Source: Pseudomonadota bacterium (GTDB lineage Bacteria; Bdellovibrionota; FAC87; UBA2466). Taken from it: a stretch of DNA of 36,506 bases. Location of the stretch: positions 1-36,506 of the forward strand of contig JAYUGC010000056.1 in the NCBI GenBank assembly GCA_043767805.1. The letters are read 5' to 3'. Position 1 is the stretch's first letter. Each line of letters starts with the position of its first letter. The translations under genes were made by a program, and so were the position numbers. The notes beneath the pieces are model-generated. The model was given only the letters and a program-made list of their open reading frames with translations. It was not told the DNA's origin and ran no database searches. Below are positions 8,201 through 16,717 of this stretch, piece by piece.

Positions 8201-9829
8201 ATGACCATGCGCCCCAACTTTCGGCGAGCGTTGCTTCTCCTTGGTTTTCTAACAGCTCCGCTCCACGCCAAAGTGGGGATTACGAAATCGGATCTTGGCA
8301 CGGAGTATCGCTTCGAGATCGAGCAAGTTACGCTCGATCCCGCAGAGACCATCGAGGGGGAAGCTTACGTTCAAGTGCGCTTGGGGGGCATTGCCGGATA
8401 CGAAGGACTCGTCGCGGAAGAGGGAAAGCCGGAGATTCCGGCCATCCGTTTTTTCGTCGATGGAGAAGGCCCCATCCAGATTTATGAAGGGCCCGTGGAT
8501 CGGATCTGGGGACGCGGCGCTCTTAAAGTGCGTCCGTTCCAGCCTTCCGAAGCCAAGCGCCCGGGAGCCGCGGCGCCTCCGGTCATCGACTGGGCCACCT
8601 ATAAATCCAGCGAGCTTTTTCCCAAGCTTCCCTATTCCGTCGAAAAAGTGGGAACAGTCAACGGGCGGCTCAGACGGCTCGTAAGTCTCTTTCCCATTCG
8701 TTACCTCGCTGATGAAAATCGCTTCGAGACGATCCGCAAATTCCAAGTGCATCTGGATCCCATGCAATTTCCGCTGGCGAAGAAGGGGCCCAAAACTTTG
8801 GCGGTGGTCCTGGGCGCAAGTTTTTCCGCGAGCGCCGCCTTAAGCGAGTACCTGGCGTTCAAGAAAACACAAGGGTACGAAATCGCTCGTCTCGAGTTCG
8901 GAAAAGACGGGAAAACCAGCGCCGAGATTCGTGACGCCTTGAGAGCCCTTTACGCAAAATCGAATCTCGTCGAGGCGATGATCGTGGGCGACAACGCCGA
9001 CGTTCCCGGCTACGCGACGACTTTGATCGCGGGAGTGACCGATCATTATTACCGCTGTCTCGATGAGGCGGATTATTCAAAGGACTTGGGAGCGCCCGAT
9101 ATCGACGTGGGCCGTTTCAGCGTTCATACGGAAGCCGAACTGGCCGCGGTCGTTTCCAAGCAGCTTCGGTACGAGCGAGGGGCCTTCACCGATAAAAGCT
9201 GGATCTCTAAATTTTCTTTCATCGCTACCGATGACGAGAGTCATTATCAAGTCGCCGAGGCGAGCTTCGATTACCTCACCGATCGCTACACCGCTCCTCT
9301 TGGCTATCTCGGTACGTTCCCCAACCTCATCCAGCTTGGCGGCGACTTGCTCTATGCGATTCGCCATAAAGCCACCTCCGCTCAGGTCTTGGATCGGCTA
9401 AAGGAAGGCCGCGGGTTCATCAACTACGGCGGCCACGGAGGCCCCGATTCTTGGCTCGGACCTGAGATAACCGCGGCCGATGTGGCCACGATCCAACATC
9501 CGGAAGCCACCCCGTTCGTCATGTCCAACTCCTGCGATACGGGTAAGTTCATTGGGAACTCCTTCGCCGAAGCTTGGCTTCGCCACCCCAACGGCGCGGT
9601 GGCGTATTGGGGCTCCATGGATAGCACCTACTGGAACGAGGACGATCGCCTTCAGCGCCGGATTTACGACATGATGTTCAAAGAGGGCGATGTGCGGCTG
9701 GGCGATTTTACGACCGCCGGGCTCTCGGAAGTCTGGCGCTACTACGGCGGCCGTAACCGCAGCAGTTACTACTGGGAGACCTACATAGTCTTCGGAGATC
9801 CGTCTCTCCAAGTCCGCCTCAAACCTTGA
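8201..9829 (+). CDS. C25 (gingipain-like) cysteine peptidase with propeptide
   Basis: Signal peptide; propeptide-like EEGKPEIP; IVGD, TDHYY, DIDVGRF, NYGGHG (His), SNSC (Cys), FAEAWLR..NGAVAY, FGDPSL. Confidence 0.9.
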   Translation: MTMRPNFRRALLLLGFLTAPLHAKVGITKSDLGTEYRFEIEQVTLDPAETIEGEAYVQVRLGGIAGYEGLVAEEGKPEIPAIRFFVDGEGPIQIYEGPVDRIWGRGALKVRPFQPSEAKRPGAAAPPVIDWATYKSSELFPKLPYSVEKVGTVNGRLRRLVSLFPIRYLADENRFETIRKFQVHLDPMQFPLAKKGPKTLAVVLGASFSASAALSEYLAFKKTQGYEIARLEFGKDGKTSAEIRDALRALYAKSNLVEAMIVGDNADVPGYATTLIAGVTDHYYRCLDEADYSKDLGAPDIDVGRFSVHTEAELAAVVSKQLRYERGAFTDKSWISKFSFIATDDESHYQVAEASFDYLTDRYTAPLGYLGTFPNLIQLGGDLLYAIRHKATSAQVLDRLKEGRGFINYGGHGGPDSWLGPEITAADVATIQHPEATPFVMSNSCDTGKFIGNSFAEAWLRHPNGAVAYWGSMDSTYWNEDDRLQRRIYDMMFKEGDVRLGDFTTAGLSEVWRYYGGRNRSSYYWETYIVFGDPSLQVRLKP

Positions 9830-9899
9830 AGGGACGAAAAACGGCAGGGGTGTCTGCCGCTTAGCCGTCTGTCTAGGTTCTTTCCCTCAGGACAAAGCA

Positions 9900-9915
9900 A
9901 GGAACGCCTTTTGCT
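9900..9915 (+). promoter_or_regulatory. Sigma54 -24/-12 promoter
   Basis: AGGAACGCCTTTTGCT (GG-N10-GC) upstream of gene 9983. Confidence 0.55.
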
Positions 9916-9982
9916 TAAGGGATTTCCCGGAAGTCGCTGGGAATGACTTTGAAAAAAGTCTCACCGGCATCAAGGGGGAATC

Positions 9983-10207
9983 ATGAGAAAGCTAGTACTG
10001 ATCGGATTGATGGGAGCCACGTTTGCTCTCGTCAGCCCGGCGGCGGAAGCCATCGACGCGACGGCGTCGTCCGCCACTCAGACCACGACACAGCAGCAAG
10101 TGACCACAACTCAAGGTAGCAACATTCAGCGTGAGATCGCTCGTCACCGCCGGCGGCATCATCGTCGTCGGCACCGGCACCATCGCCGGCATCGCCGTCA
10201 TTGGTAG
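9983..10207 (+). CDS. Small secreted protein with T/Q-rich segment and His/Arg-only C-terminal tail
   Basis: AAGGGGGA SD; signal peptide ending AEA; tail RHRRRHHRRRHRHHRRHRRHW. Confidence 0.8.
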   Translation: MRKLVLIGLMGATFALVSPAAEAIDATASSATQTTTQQQVTTTQGSNIQREIARHRRRHHRRRHRHHRRHRRHW

Positions 10208-10266
10208 TCTCAGGCAGCGTTTAAGCTTCGCTTAAACGAGGTCTGAATACCTTTGCGGGATCAAGG

Positions 10267-10314
10267 GGCAGGGAAGGCGGATGCCTTCTTTGGAAGGTAT
10301 CCGTCTTCCCTGCC
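10267..10314 (+). terminator. 22-bp stem-loop, probable terminator or 3' stabiliser
   Basis: ggcagggaaggcggatgccttc-tttg-gaaggtatccgtcttccctgcc; both mismatches are G.U pairs on the + strand. A second hairpin lies at 10210-10246. Confidence 0.6.
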
Positions 10315-10425
10315 ATTTATCCTCTCGTCCGCTGTTCTTCCTCTAGATACGCCTGAAATCCTCTCTTCTCTGCATCCCATTAACAGAACGCTCTCGGTCT
10401 ACGGGATTTTCTAGCCTTGCTTGTC

Positions 10426-10441
10426 TGGCCGAAAAATTGCT
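10426..10441 (+). promoter_or_regulatory. Sigma54 -24/-12 promoter
   Basis: TGGCCGAAAAATTGCT (GG-N10-GC) immediately before gene 10449. Confidence 0.6.
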
Positions 10442-10448
10442 CCCCTAG

Positions 10449-11783
10449 ATGCCCGTGCAAATTCGATTAGGCAGTAAACTGAGTGAATCTCTGCCCCGCA
10501 TTCCGGTAGTGTGCGCGTTGCTCTTCGCGCTCATGATGGCCGTGCCCGTACGCGCGTCGGCCGACGACAAAGCTAAGACCGAGGACAAGGCGGAAGCGAA
10601 AACGGAAGAGAAAAAAGACGAAAAGAAAGACGAAGAGAAGAAGGACGACGAGAAAAAGAGAGCCTCCGGCCTCGCGGCGGCGGTCGATCCCAATTATGCG
10701 TCTCAGCTCGCTCTTACTTTGTCGTCTGCGGTCGGCGCCCTCATTTCCATTCAAACTATTCCTGCTTCCGTGAAGGCCTCTCTCCAGGCCGTCGACGAAA
10801 TGAAAAATTTCACGAAGAATAATAAGGATTATGTCCGCCTTCAGGAAGAGCTCGAGACTTTCCTGGCGCAAAAGGAATCCAAGCTCGCGGAGCTGAAGCT
10901 GGCGATCGATAGATACCAGCCGGCGCTGAGCGAGCTCGATACCCATGTTCGCTCCGTTCTGGGAGAGCAACCGTCTCAGTTAGCTGAACGTTATGGGACG
11001 GTCGAGCAAGATCTCGTCCGTCTTTCCGAAATGCCGAAAGCCTCCCGCTTTAAGGCGGAGATCGACGCCGCTCTGGAGGGCTGGCGCTTGGATCATCGCA
11101 GTTATCCCATCGAGTCTTGGATCGGTAAGCACATGAGTTCCGCCTTTTTGAAGAGTCCCGAGGGTAGAGGTTGGCTCTTGGAATATACCCGCCACCAGAA
11201 AGAGCTGGCCGCCGCGTTTTGGCTGGAAAAAGGCAGCGCCCTTCTGCTCGACGAATGGCTCGAGAGAAACAAGGGCCGAAAAATGGTTTTTGGAAAGAAC
11301 GAGCAGAGCTGGCAAGTCACTCTCGCCGGACTAAAAGTCGACGAAGAAAAGGCGGCCAAGGTTTTCGTTCGCGAGTTCTCGATTTTCGCGCGTGACTTGA
11401 ACTCTGACATTCATAACCCGACTCTTTCCGAGCTTTTGACCTGGGCCAACCGAGAGCCCGGAGTGTTTCACTCCAGTGATAACGGCCGTCCCACTCCTGT
11501 CGCCGCAGCCAGTCTGGAGAGCTACTCCAGGACTCGTTGCGACGCCGGGATGCAGGCGCTGTCTGGCGCGGTGGCCCTCGCTCGCCAGAAGGGCTCTTAC
11601 CTCACTCTGCCCTGGCAGGGCCTCAAAGCGGTCGCCCCCGTGGCGAGTGCCGGCGCTACCATTGCCACGGGTTACATCTCGGTCCGAGGTCTCATCCGCC
11701 TCACCACCGAGGGCTTGCCCGGGGATAAAGCCGCCGATAAGAAGGCCGCCGCGAAGGACGAAAAACCCATCGCGAAGCAGTAG
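10449..11783 (+). CDS. Hypothetical exported protein (K/D/E-rich linker, coiled coil); start uncertain
   Basis: Long ORF with a signal-like hydrophobic stretch ending VRA, a KEDK low-complexity tract and a heptad-like segment. Confidence 0.75.
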   Translation: MPVQIRLGSKLSESLPRIPVVCALLFALMMAVPVRASADDKAKTEDKAEAKTEEKKDEKKDEEKKDDEKKRASGLAAAVDPNYASQLALTLSSAVGALISIQTIPASVKASLQAVDEMKNFTKNNKDYVRLQEELETFLAQKESKLAELKLAIDRYQPALSELDTHVRSVLGEQPSQLAERYGTVEQDLVRLSEMPKASRFKAEIDAALEGWRLDHRSYPIESWIGKHMSSAFLKSPEGRGWLLEYTRHQKELAAAFWLEKGSALLLDEWLERNKGRKMVFGKNEQSWQVTLAGLKVDEEKAAKVFVREFSIFARDLNSDIHNPTLSELLTWANREPGVFHSSDNGRPTPVAAASLESYSRTRCDAGMQALSGAVALARQKGSYLTLPWQGLKAVAPVASAGATIATGYISVRGLIRLTTEGLPGDKAADKKAAAKDEKPIAKQ

Positions 11784-11958
11784 CCCGATTGTCTAAGTTC
11801 TAGAGACCATGATTATAAACTGTTGAAACTTAAGGCTATTATAGGCGGTCCAGCTCTCAAAGTTGACCCGTGCGCTTTGCAACGCGACGAGCTATAATGA
11901 AAAGGTAAACACAAGTTCGACTAAGGCATCATCAGGTAGTGCACCAGGAGAGGGTTGA

Positions 11959-12444
11959 ATGTTTAGTTCCCTCAAAAATCAAACGCGTCTCTTTCAAACC
12001 GTGGCGGTCGGCTGTGCGCTGGCGCTCCTCTCAGGTTGCGGGCAAATGCTCGGCTCCGGAGGACGAAGTACAACCGGCACTTCCAATTTGGGAACGGGCT
12101 CCGGCGGAAGCACGGGCCGGACGACGGGCGGGTCCACCGCGACTCGAACGCCCAACTCCACGGGCACCGTAAATACGGCTTACGATCAAACGCTTCAGGT
12201 TTGCGATCAGTACCGCGCGGCCGGCAGCTCGATTCAAAATGCGTGTGGCGGGTTCTTTCAACAGAACATCGAGGAGCTCTCCTCGGGATGCGCGGCGAAG
12301 TTTCAAGATCTCTACAACATCGACTGCACCGGCTTAAAAGAGCGTTTGCAAGGCGTCTTCAACGCGTGCGGCACGGACATCAGTCAGGGAATGAGTTATT
12401 TCCCCGCGAACTGCCAGACGGTTCTGCGTAAATACGTCCGTTAG
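11959..12444 (+). CDS. Lipoprotein with G/S/T linker and duplicated Cys-rich domain
   Basis: Lipobox LLSGC; AGGAG SD; C-x13-C-x14-C occurs twice. Confidence 0.8.
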   Translation: MFSSLKNQTRLFQTVAVGCALALLSGCGQMLGSGGRSTTGTSNLGTGSGGSTGRTTGGSTATRTPNSTGTVNTAYDQTLQVCDQYRAAGSSIQNACGGFFQQNIEELSSGCAAKFQDLYNIDCTGLKERLQGVFNACGTDISQGMSYFPANCQTVLRKYVR

Positions 12445-12476
12445 CCATCACCCAACGACTAGCCTACAATTAGGGG

Positions 12477-13334
12477 ATGCGATCTTTCCTTTGCCTGCTT
12501 TGCTTTTTCTGCAGGCTGGCCCTCAGCGATTCCTATTTCATCGAGGACACCACCGGGACGGGGTTTGGCGCGGAAGACGCCATTGCCGTCTTGCAGCTCG
12601 TCCGCTCGGCCGTGACCGACGTCGGTCACACCGTCAGTACTCAGAGGGAAAAGGCTCAGTTTCAGCTCCGCCCGAAGCTGATGCGTCTAGGCCAGAGTTA
12701 TATCTTCACGCTCGAAAAGCACGCGGGCGAGACGCTTCTCTTTTCCTCCAAGATGAAGGCCGCCCAGCTCGAAGAGCTGGATGGGGTCGTGAACCGGGTC
12801 ACGCGCGCCGCTTTGACCGGCGTACCGGCGGACGACGACGCTCGCATCGACGACGTCACTCAAGAAGAAGCCATTCGCGGCATGCGCCGTCGTCCGGCGC
12901 GGCGAGGATCTTTTCTCGCCTTTGGACCAGCGTCGCTCAGCAATCTGAACGCTACCGGCCTCGGATTTTACCTGGCGAGCGCTTACTCCTGGGACGTGAA
13001 CCGCGCCATGGTGCGGCTCCGGGCCGAAATGGCGATCAACGGCGGGGCGCTACTGAGCGATTTCGGAATCGGTGGCAGTTTCTTCCTCTCCGAACGTAGC
13101 GTGGCTCCGTTCGTCGGACTCGATGCGGGGTTCGGCGTGGCGCGCATCGATCGGGGAAGCCTCTTTCTGAACGAGACCGTTTCCGGTTTCACGCTGGCTC
13201 CGCTCGTCGGCATTCATTTACTGCGCACTTCCGCCATCAATCTGGAAATCGCGGGCCGTATCGTCTTCATGCTGAAGAGCGGCTCGCTCGGAAGCCCGGC
13301 TTCCTACTCGCTCCGTCTCGGCCTTTATTTTTAG
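12477..13334 (+). CDS. Hypothetical protein with C-terminal outer-membrane beta-barrel
   Basis: Signal peptide; alternating amphipathic strands (APFVGLDAGFG); terminal YSLRLGLYF beta-signal. Confidence 0.75.
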   Translation: MRSFLCLLCFFCRLALSDSYFIEDTTGTGFGAEDAIAVLQLVRSAVTDVGHTVSTQREKAQFQLRPKLMRLGQSYIFTLEKHAGETLLFSSKMKAAQLEELDGVVNRVTRAALTGVPADDDARIDDVTQEEAIRGMRRRPARRGSFLAFGPASLSNLNATGLGFYLASAYSWDVNRAMVRLRAEMAINGGALLSDFGIGGSFFLSERSVAPFVGLDAGFGVARIDRGSLFLNETVSGFTLAPLVGIHLLRTSAINLEIAGRIVFMLKSGSLGSPASYSLRLGLYF

Positions 13335-14209
13335 TGGGCGTCGGGATGCAGGATGCTGCGCATTTCGGCGACGGTCACCATGTAGGACTGTCCGCAGAAC
13401 TCGCAAGTCACGGCTACGTCTTTTCCCTTCAAGACCATTTCCGAAACGGCGCTGCGGCCCAAAAAGGCCACGGCGCGGGCCGCTCGCTCTTGTTCGCAGC
13501 GGCAGGAGTAGGAGATGGTGTGCGGATGCTCCACGTACACGAGCTTCGAGTCGTGCGCGTAATTCATGGCGAATCGTTCCGGAGGCGCGCCGCCTAGAAT
13601 TTCCTTCGAGAGAGCGGGGGCCCGGCGGCAGCGTTCCTCGAGCGAATTGATGAGACTTTCGCTCGCGCCCGGCATCACTTCCACCAGCACGCCGCCGGCC
13701 GCCGTCACTTCTCCCTCCGCATCGAGGGAAACCGTGAGAGAGACCACCGAAGGAATTTGATGCGACTGAAAAAGATAGTGGGCGATATTTTGGCTGATCT
13801 CGCCGCTGATGAGAGGCACGATTCCGGTATGCGGCTGCTTTTGAAAGGGCAGGTTGCGGGTAACCGTAAGTAACCCCGTGCCCAAGCCGCGTGCGATATC
13901 GAGGTGGCCTTCCTTGGTGCGAAGATCCGCTTGCGGACTCGAGCAGTACCCGCGCACTTTGCACTCGTACGAGGACTCCGTATAGAACCAGCCCAGAGGC
14001 CCGTTGCCCCGAAAATGCAGCCCAACCCGCTGATTCTCGCTCAGCTGCGAAGCCATGAGTAAGGCGCCGGTTAGGGCCTGGCCGCTCGCCATGGTGGGAA
14101 GGGGAAACGTCTTCTGCTTCGACTTCATTTCGCGCACGACGTCGGTGGTGATGGCGGCCGATATGCGGAGCATCAGATCTTCGGAATAAAATTTATGCAC
14201 TTTCTGCAT
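13331..14209 (-). CDS. hslO: Hsp33 redox-regulated chaperone
   Basis: GNGPLG, SGEI...Y..QSHQIPS, AAGGVLVEVMPG and the zinc site CRC...CEFC. Confidence 0.95.
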   Translation of the reverse strand: MQKVHKFYSEDLMLRISAAITTDVVREMKSKQKTFPLPTMASGQALTGALLMASQLSENQRVGLHFRGNGPLGWFYTESSYECKVRGYCSSPQADLRTKEGHLDIARGLGTGLLTVTRNLPFQKQPHTGIVPLISGEISQNIAHYLFQSHQIPSVVSLTVSLDAEGEVTAAGGVLVEVMPGASESLINSLEERCRRAPALSKEILGGAPPERFAMNYAHDSKLVYVEHPHTISYSCRCEQERAARAVAFLGRSAVSEMVLKGKDVAVTCEFCGQSYMVTVAEMRSILHPDAH

Positions 14210-14246
14210 TCGAAAAGTGATACCTCGCTCTGGTTTCTATAGCAAC

Positions 14247-14369
14247 TTAGGCGACGACGCGGTCACGGAAGATGAAAAAGACGGCGCCCATGAGGTTCTT
14301 CAAATGCCCGTACCAGGCAAAGGTCATGAAGACGTTCGAAAGCACGAGTAGCGAAAGAGGAAGGACCAT
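14247..14369 (-). pseudogene. DUF486/DMT family gene with an in-frame internal deletion (40 aa)
   Basis: Translates MVLPLSLLVLSNVFMTFAWYGHLKNLMGAVFFIFRDRVVA*. The family N-terminal motif is joined directly to the family C-terminal motif. Confidence 0.8.
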
Positions 14370-14408
14370 CCCCTTAAAGTACCGTCGTCTTTTTAACCTG
14401 ACTAGAGC

Positions 14409-15986
14409 TTACTTGGGTCCGGCGCCGACGATTTCCGCAGTGCAGCCCGCTTCGTACTTCTTGAAGTTCTTTTTGAACAGGCCCGCGAGCTCCGCCGCTT
14501 TCTTGTCGTAATCGGCGGCATTCGGCCACGTTTCCCGCGGCTGCATCATCTTGTCCGGCACGCCCGGGCATTTGGCGGGAACCTGGAAGCCGAAGGTCTT
14601 GTCTTCGGTCGTCGGCATCGTCGCCAGCTCGTTGTTGTTGATGGCGTCGCAGATGGCGCGCGTGTACTTCAGCGGGAAGCGCTCTCCGATGCCGTAAGGA
14701 CCGCCCGTCCAGCCCGTATTGACGAGCCAAACGTTCGCGCCGGAGCTCTTAATTTTCTTCGCGAGAATCTCGGCGTACTTGCTCGGGTGCCAGACCATGA
14801 AGGCGGCGCCGAAGCAGGCGGAGAAAGTGGCTTGGGGCTCGGTGACGCCCATCTCCGTGCCCGCGACCTTCGCCGTGTAACCGCTCATGAAGTGGTACAT
14901 AGCTTGGGACGGAGTGAGCTTGCTCACAGGCGGCAGGACGCCGAAGGCATCGGCGGCTAGGAAAATGATGTTCTTCGGATGACCGCCGACGCACGGGATT
15001 TGTACGTTCGGGATGTACTCGATGGGATAAGACGCGCGCGTGTTCTCGGTAATCGAGATGTTGTCGAAATCGACGCAGCGGGATTCCTCGTCGTAAAGCA
15101 CGTTTTCCAGAACCGTACCGAAGCGGATGGCTTGGTGAATTTCCGGCTCTTTTTCGGCAGAGAGGTTCACGCACTTGGCGTAACAGCCGCCTTCGATGTT
15201 GAAGATGCCGTTGTCGCTCCAGCAATGCTCGTCGTCGCCGATGAGCCGGCGCGCGGGATCGGCGGAGAGCGTCGTCTTACCCGTTCCGGAAAGACCGAAG
15301 TAGAGAGTGACGTTGTTGTCTTTACCGATATTGGCGGAGCAATGCATGGAGAGCACATTCTTCTTGGGCATGAGATAGTTCATGACCGTGAAGACGCCCT
15401 TTTTCATTTCGCCGGCGTACTCAGTGCCGAGAATGACGAACTGCTTGTCCTCGAAGCTCACGTCGACGGAGGTCTTCGACGTCATCTCGCGGGTGTAGCG
15501 GTTCGCCGGAAAGGCGCCCGCGTTGTAAATCGTGAAGTCCGGCTCGCCGAACGTTTTGAGCTCCTCGACGCTCGGGCGAATGAGCATGTTGTGCATGAAA
15601 AGCGCGTGGTAGGCGCGGGAGCAAATGACCCGGACCTTCAGCCGGAACTGAGGATCCCATCCGGCATAGCCGTCGACGATATAGAGCTGTTGCCGCGTGT
15701 TCAGATAGTCGAAAGCGCGCTCCCGGTTGACCAGGAAGTTATTGTGTTCGAGGGAGATGTTGATGTCGCCCCACCAGATGTCTTTCTCGCTGGCCGGGTT
15801 CTTCACGATGCGTTTGTCTTTGGGGCTACGTCCCGTCTTCGCATTCGAACGGACGATTAAAGCGCCGGCGCTCGAGATGGCCGAGCCTTGCTCGTTGCGC
15901 AGAGCCTCTTCGTAAAGCTTCGCGGGCGAGAGGTTCCGGAGAATGCGTTTTACGGAAATATTCGGATCGAGATTGGTGGCGGACAC
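14409..15986 (-). CDS. pckA: Phosphoenolpyruvate carboxykinase (ATP)
   Basis: TGRSPKDK, YAGEMKK, MHCSAN, GLSGTGKTTLS, IGDDEH, EGGCYAK, ENTR; GTG start with AAGGGAG SD. Confidence 0.98.
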   Translation of the reverse strand: MSATNLDPNISVKRILRNLSPAKLYEEALRNEQGSAISSAGALIVRSNAKTGRSPKDKRIVKNPASEKDIWWGDINISLEHNNFLVNRERAFDYLNTRQQLYIVDGYAGWDPQFRLKVRVICSRAYHALFMHNMLIRPSVEELKTFGEPDFTIYNAGAFPANRYTREMTSKTSVDVSFEDKQFVILGTEYAGEMKKGVFTVMNYLMPKKNVLSMHCSANIGKDNNVTLYFGLSGTGKTTLSADPARRLIGDDEHCWSDNGIFNIEGGCYAKCVNLSAEKEPEIHQAIRFGTVLENVLYDEESRCVDFDNISITENTRASYPIEYIPNVQIPCVGGHPKNIIFLAADAFGVLPPVSKLTPSQAMYHFMSGYTAKVAGTEMGVTEPQATFSACFGAAFMVWHPSKYAEILAKKIKSSGANVWLVNTGWTGGPYGIGERFPLKYTRAICDAINNNELATMPTTEDKTFGFQVPAKCPGVPDKMMQPRETWPNAADYDKKAAELAGLFKKNFKKYEAGCTAEIVGAGPK

Positions 15987-16105
15987 CGAGGGGCTCCCTT
16001 CGTGAAAGGACCTAAAGAATGGAAAGCTATAGCATTACTTTTTTCAAAGGTCCACCCTAGGCTCACCGCGTCATTTTGGTATCAATCCGGATAGATGGGA
16101 GGGAA

Positions 16106-16158
16106 TCGGCCTGTCCCCTCTGAGCGCCCGAGGGGGGTGCTCACAGGGGGCAGGCCGA
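16106..16158. repeat. Long imperfect hairpin (REP-like or terminator)
   Basis: tcggcctgtcccct-c-tgagcgccc...gggtgctca-c-agggggcaggccga. Confidence 0.7.
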
Positions 16159-16168
16159 GCCGAAAAGG

Positions 16169-16603
16169 TTAAGGCTTGGGGTCGAGAATGGGGGTCAGTT
16201 TCAGCCGGTAGCGCTGCTTGGTGTCTTGGTCCGTGTGCACGCTGAGCTCTCCCGTTTCGCCGGGCCGGGCGAATATAGTGCCGTCGATGCGGGTCGTTTC
16301 TTCGCCGACCTTTCGGTTGAAGGCGAACTTGGCTTGGATGAGGTCCGGAAGCACCCGCTCCGCGGTTACCTCGGTGGTGAACTGCTCGGTGACGCAATCC
16401 TTACCCACGCACCGCTTTCGCCGGGTCTCGTCCGCTATGGTCGGTTGCCCTGGTTCCGCATAGACCGTGTGATTCCATTCGTGGACCGTACGGGGGCCTT
16501 CCCCGTCTTCCACGAACTTGCCTTCCATTCTCAGGGCGAGGGGCCCCGAAGCGATGGCGTTGGCGCAAACCAGTAGAAAAACAATGAAGTGATACTTGCC
16601 CAT
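16169..16603 (-). CDS. Secreted hypothetical protein
   Basis: AGGGAG SD before ATG 16603; signal peptide MGKYHFIVFLLVCANAIA. The track start at 16669 is over-extended. Confidence 0.75.
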   Translation of the reverse strand: MGKYHFIVFLLVCANAIASGPLALRMEGKFVEDGEGPRTVHEWNHTVYAEPGQPTIADETRRKRCVGKDCVTEQFTTEVTAERVLPDLIQAKFAFNRKVGEETTRIDGTIFARPGETGELSVHTDQDTKQRYRLKLTPILDPKP

Positions 16604-16617
16604 GTCGATTCTCCCTA

Positions 16618-16654
16618 TGTCACTACAGACGAGCCTACCTCGTCGGTAGTGACA
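16618..16654. repeat. Palindrome/hairpin (15-bp stem, one mismatch) in a divergent intergenic region
   Basis: tgtcactac-a-gacgag-cctac-ctcgtc-g-gtagtgaca. Confidence 0.75.
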
Positions 16655-16717
16655 GGCCGATATGGACAAAGTTCCCTCCTATTCGCTATGGTGGGGACCT
16701 TTTAGGGAAGGAGTCTC

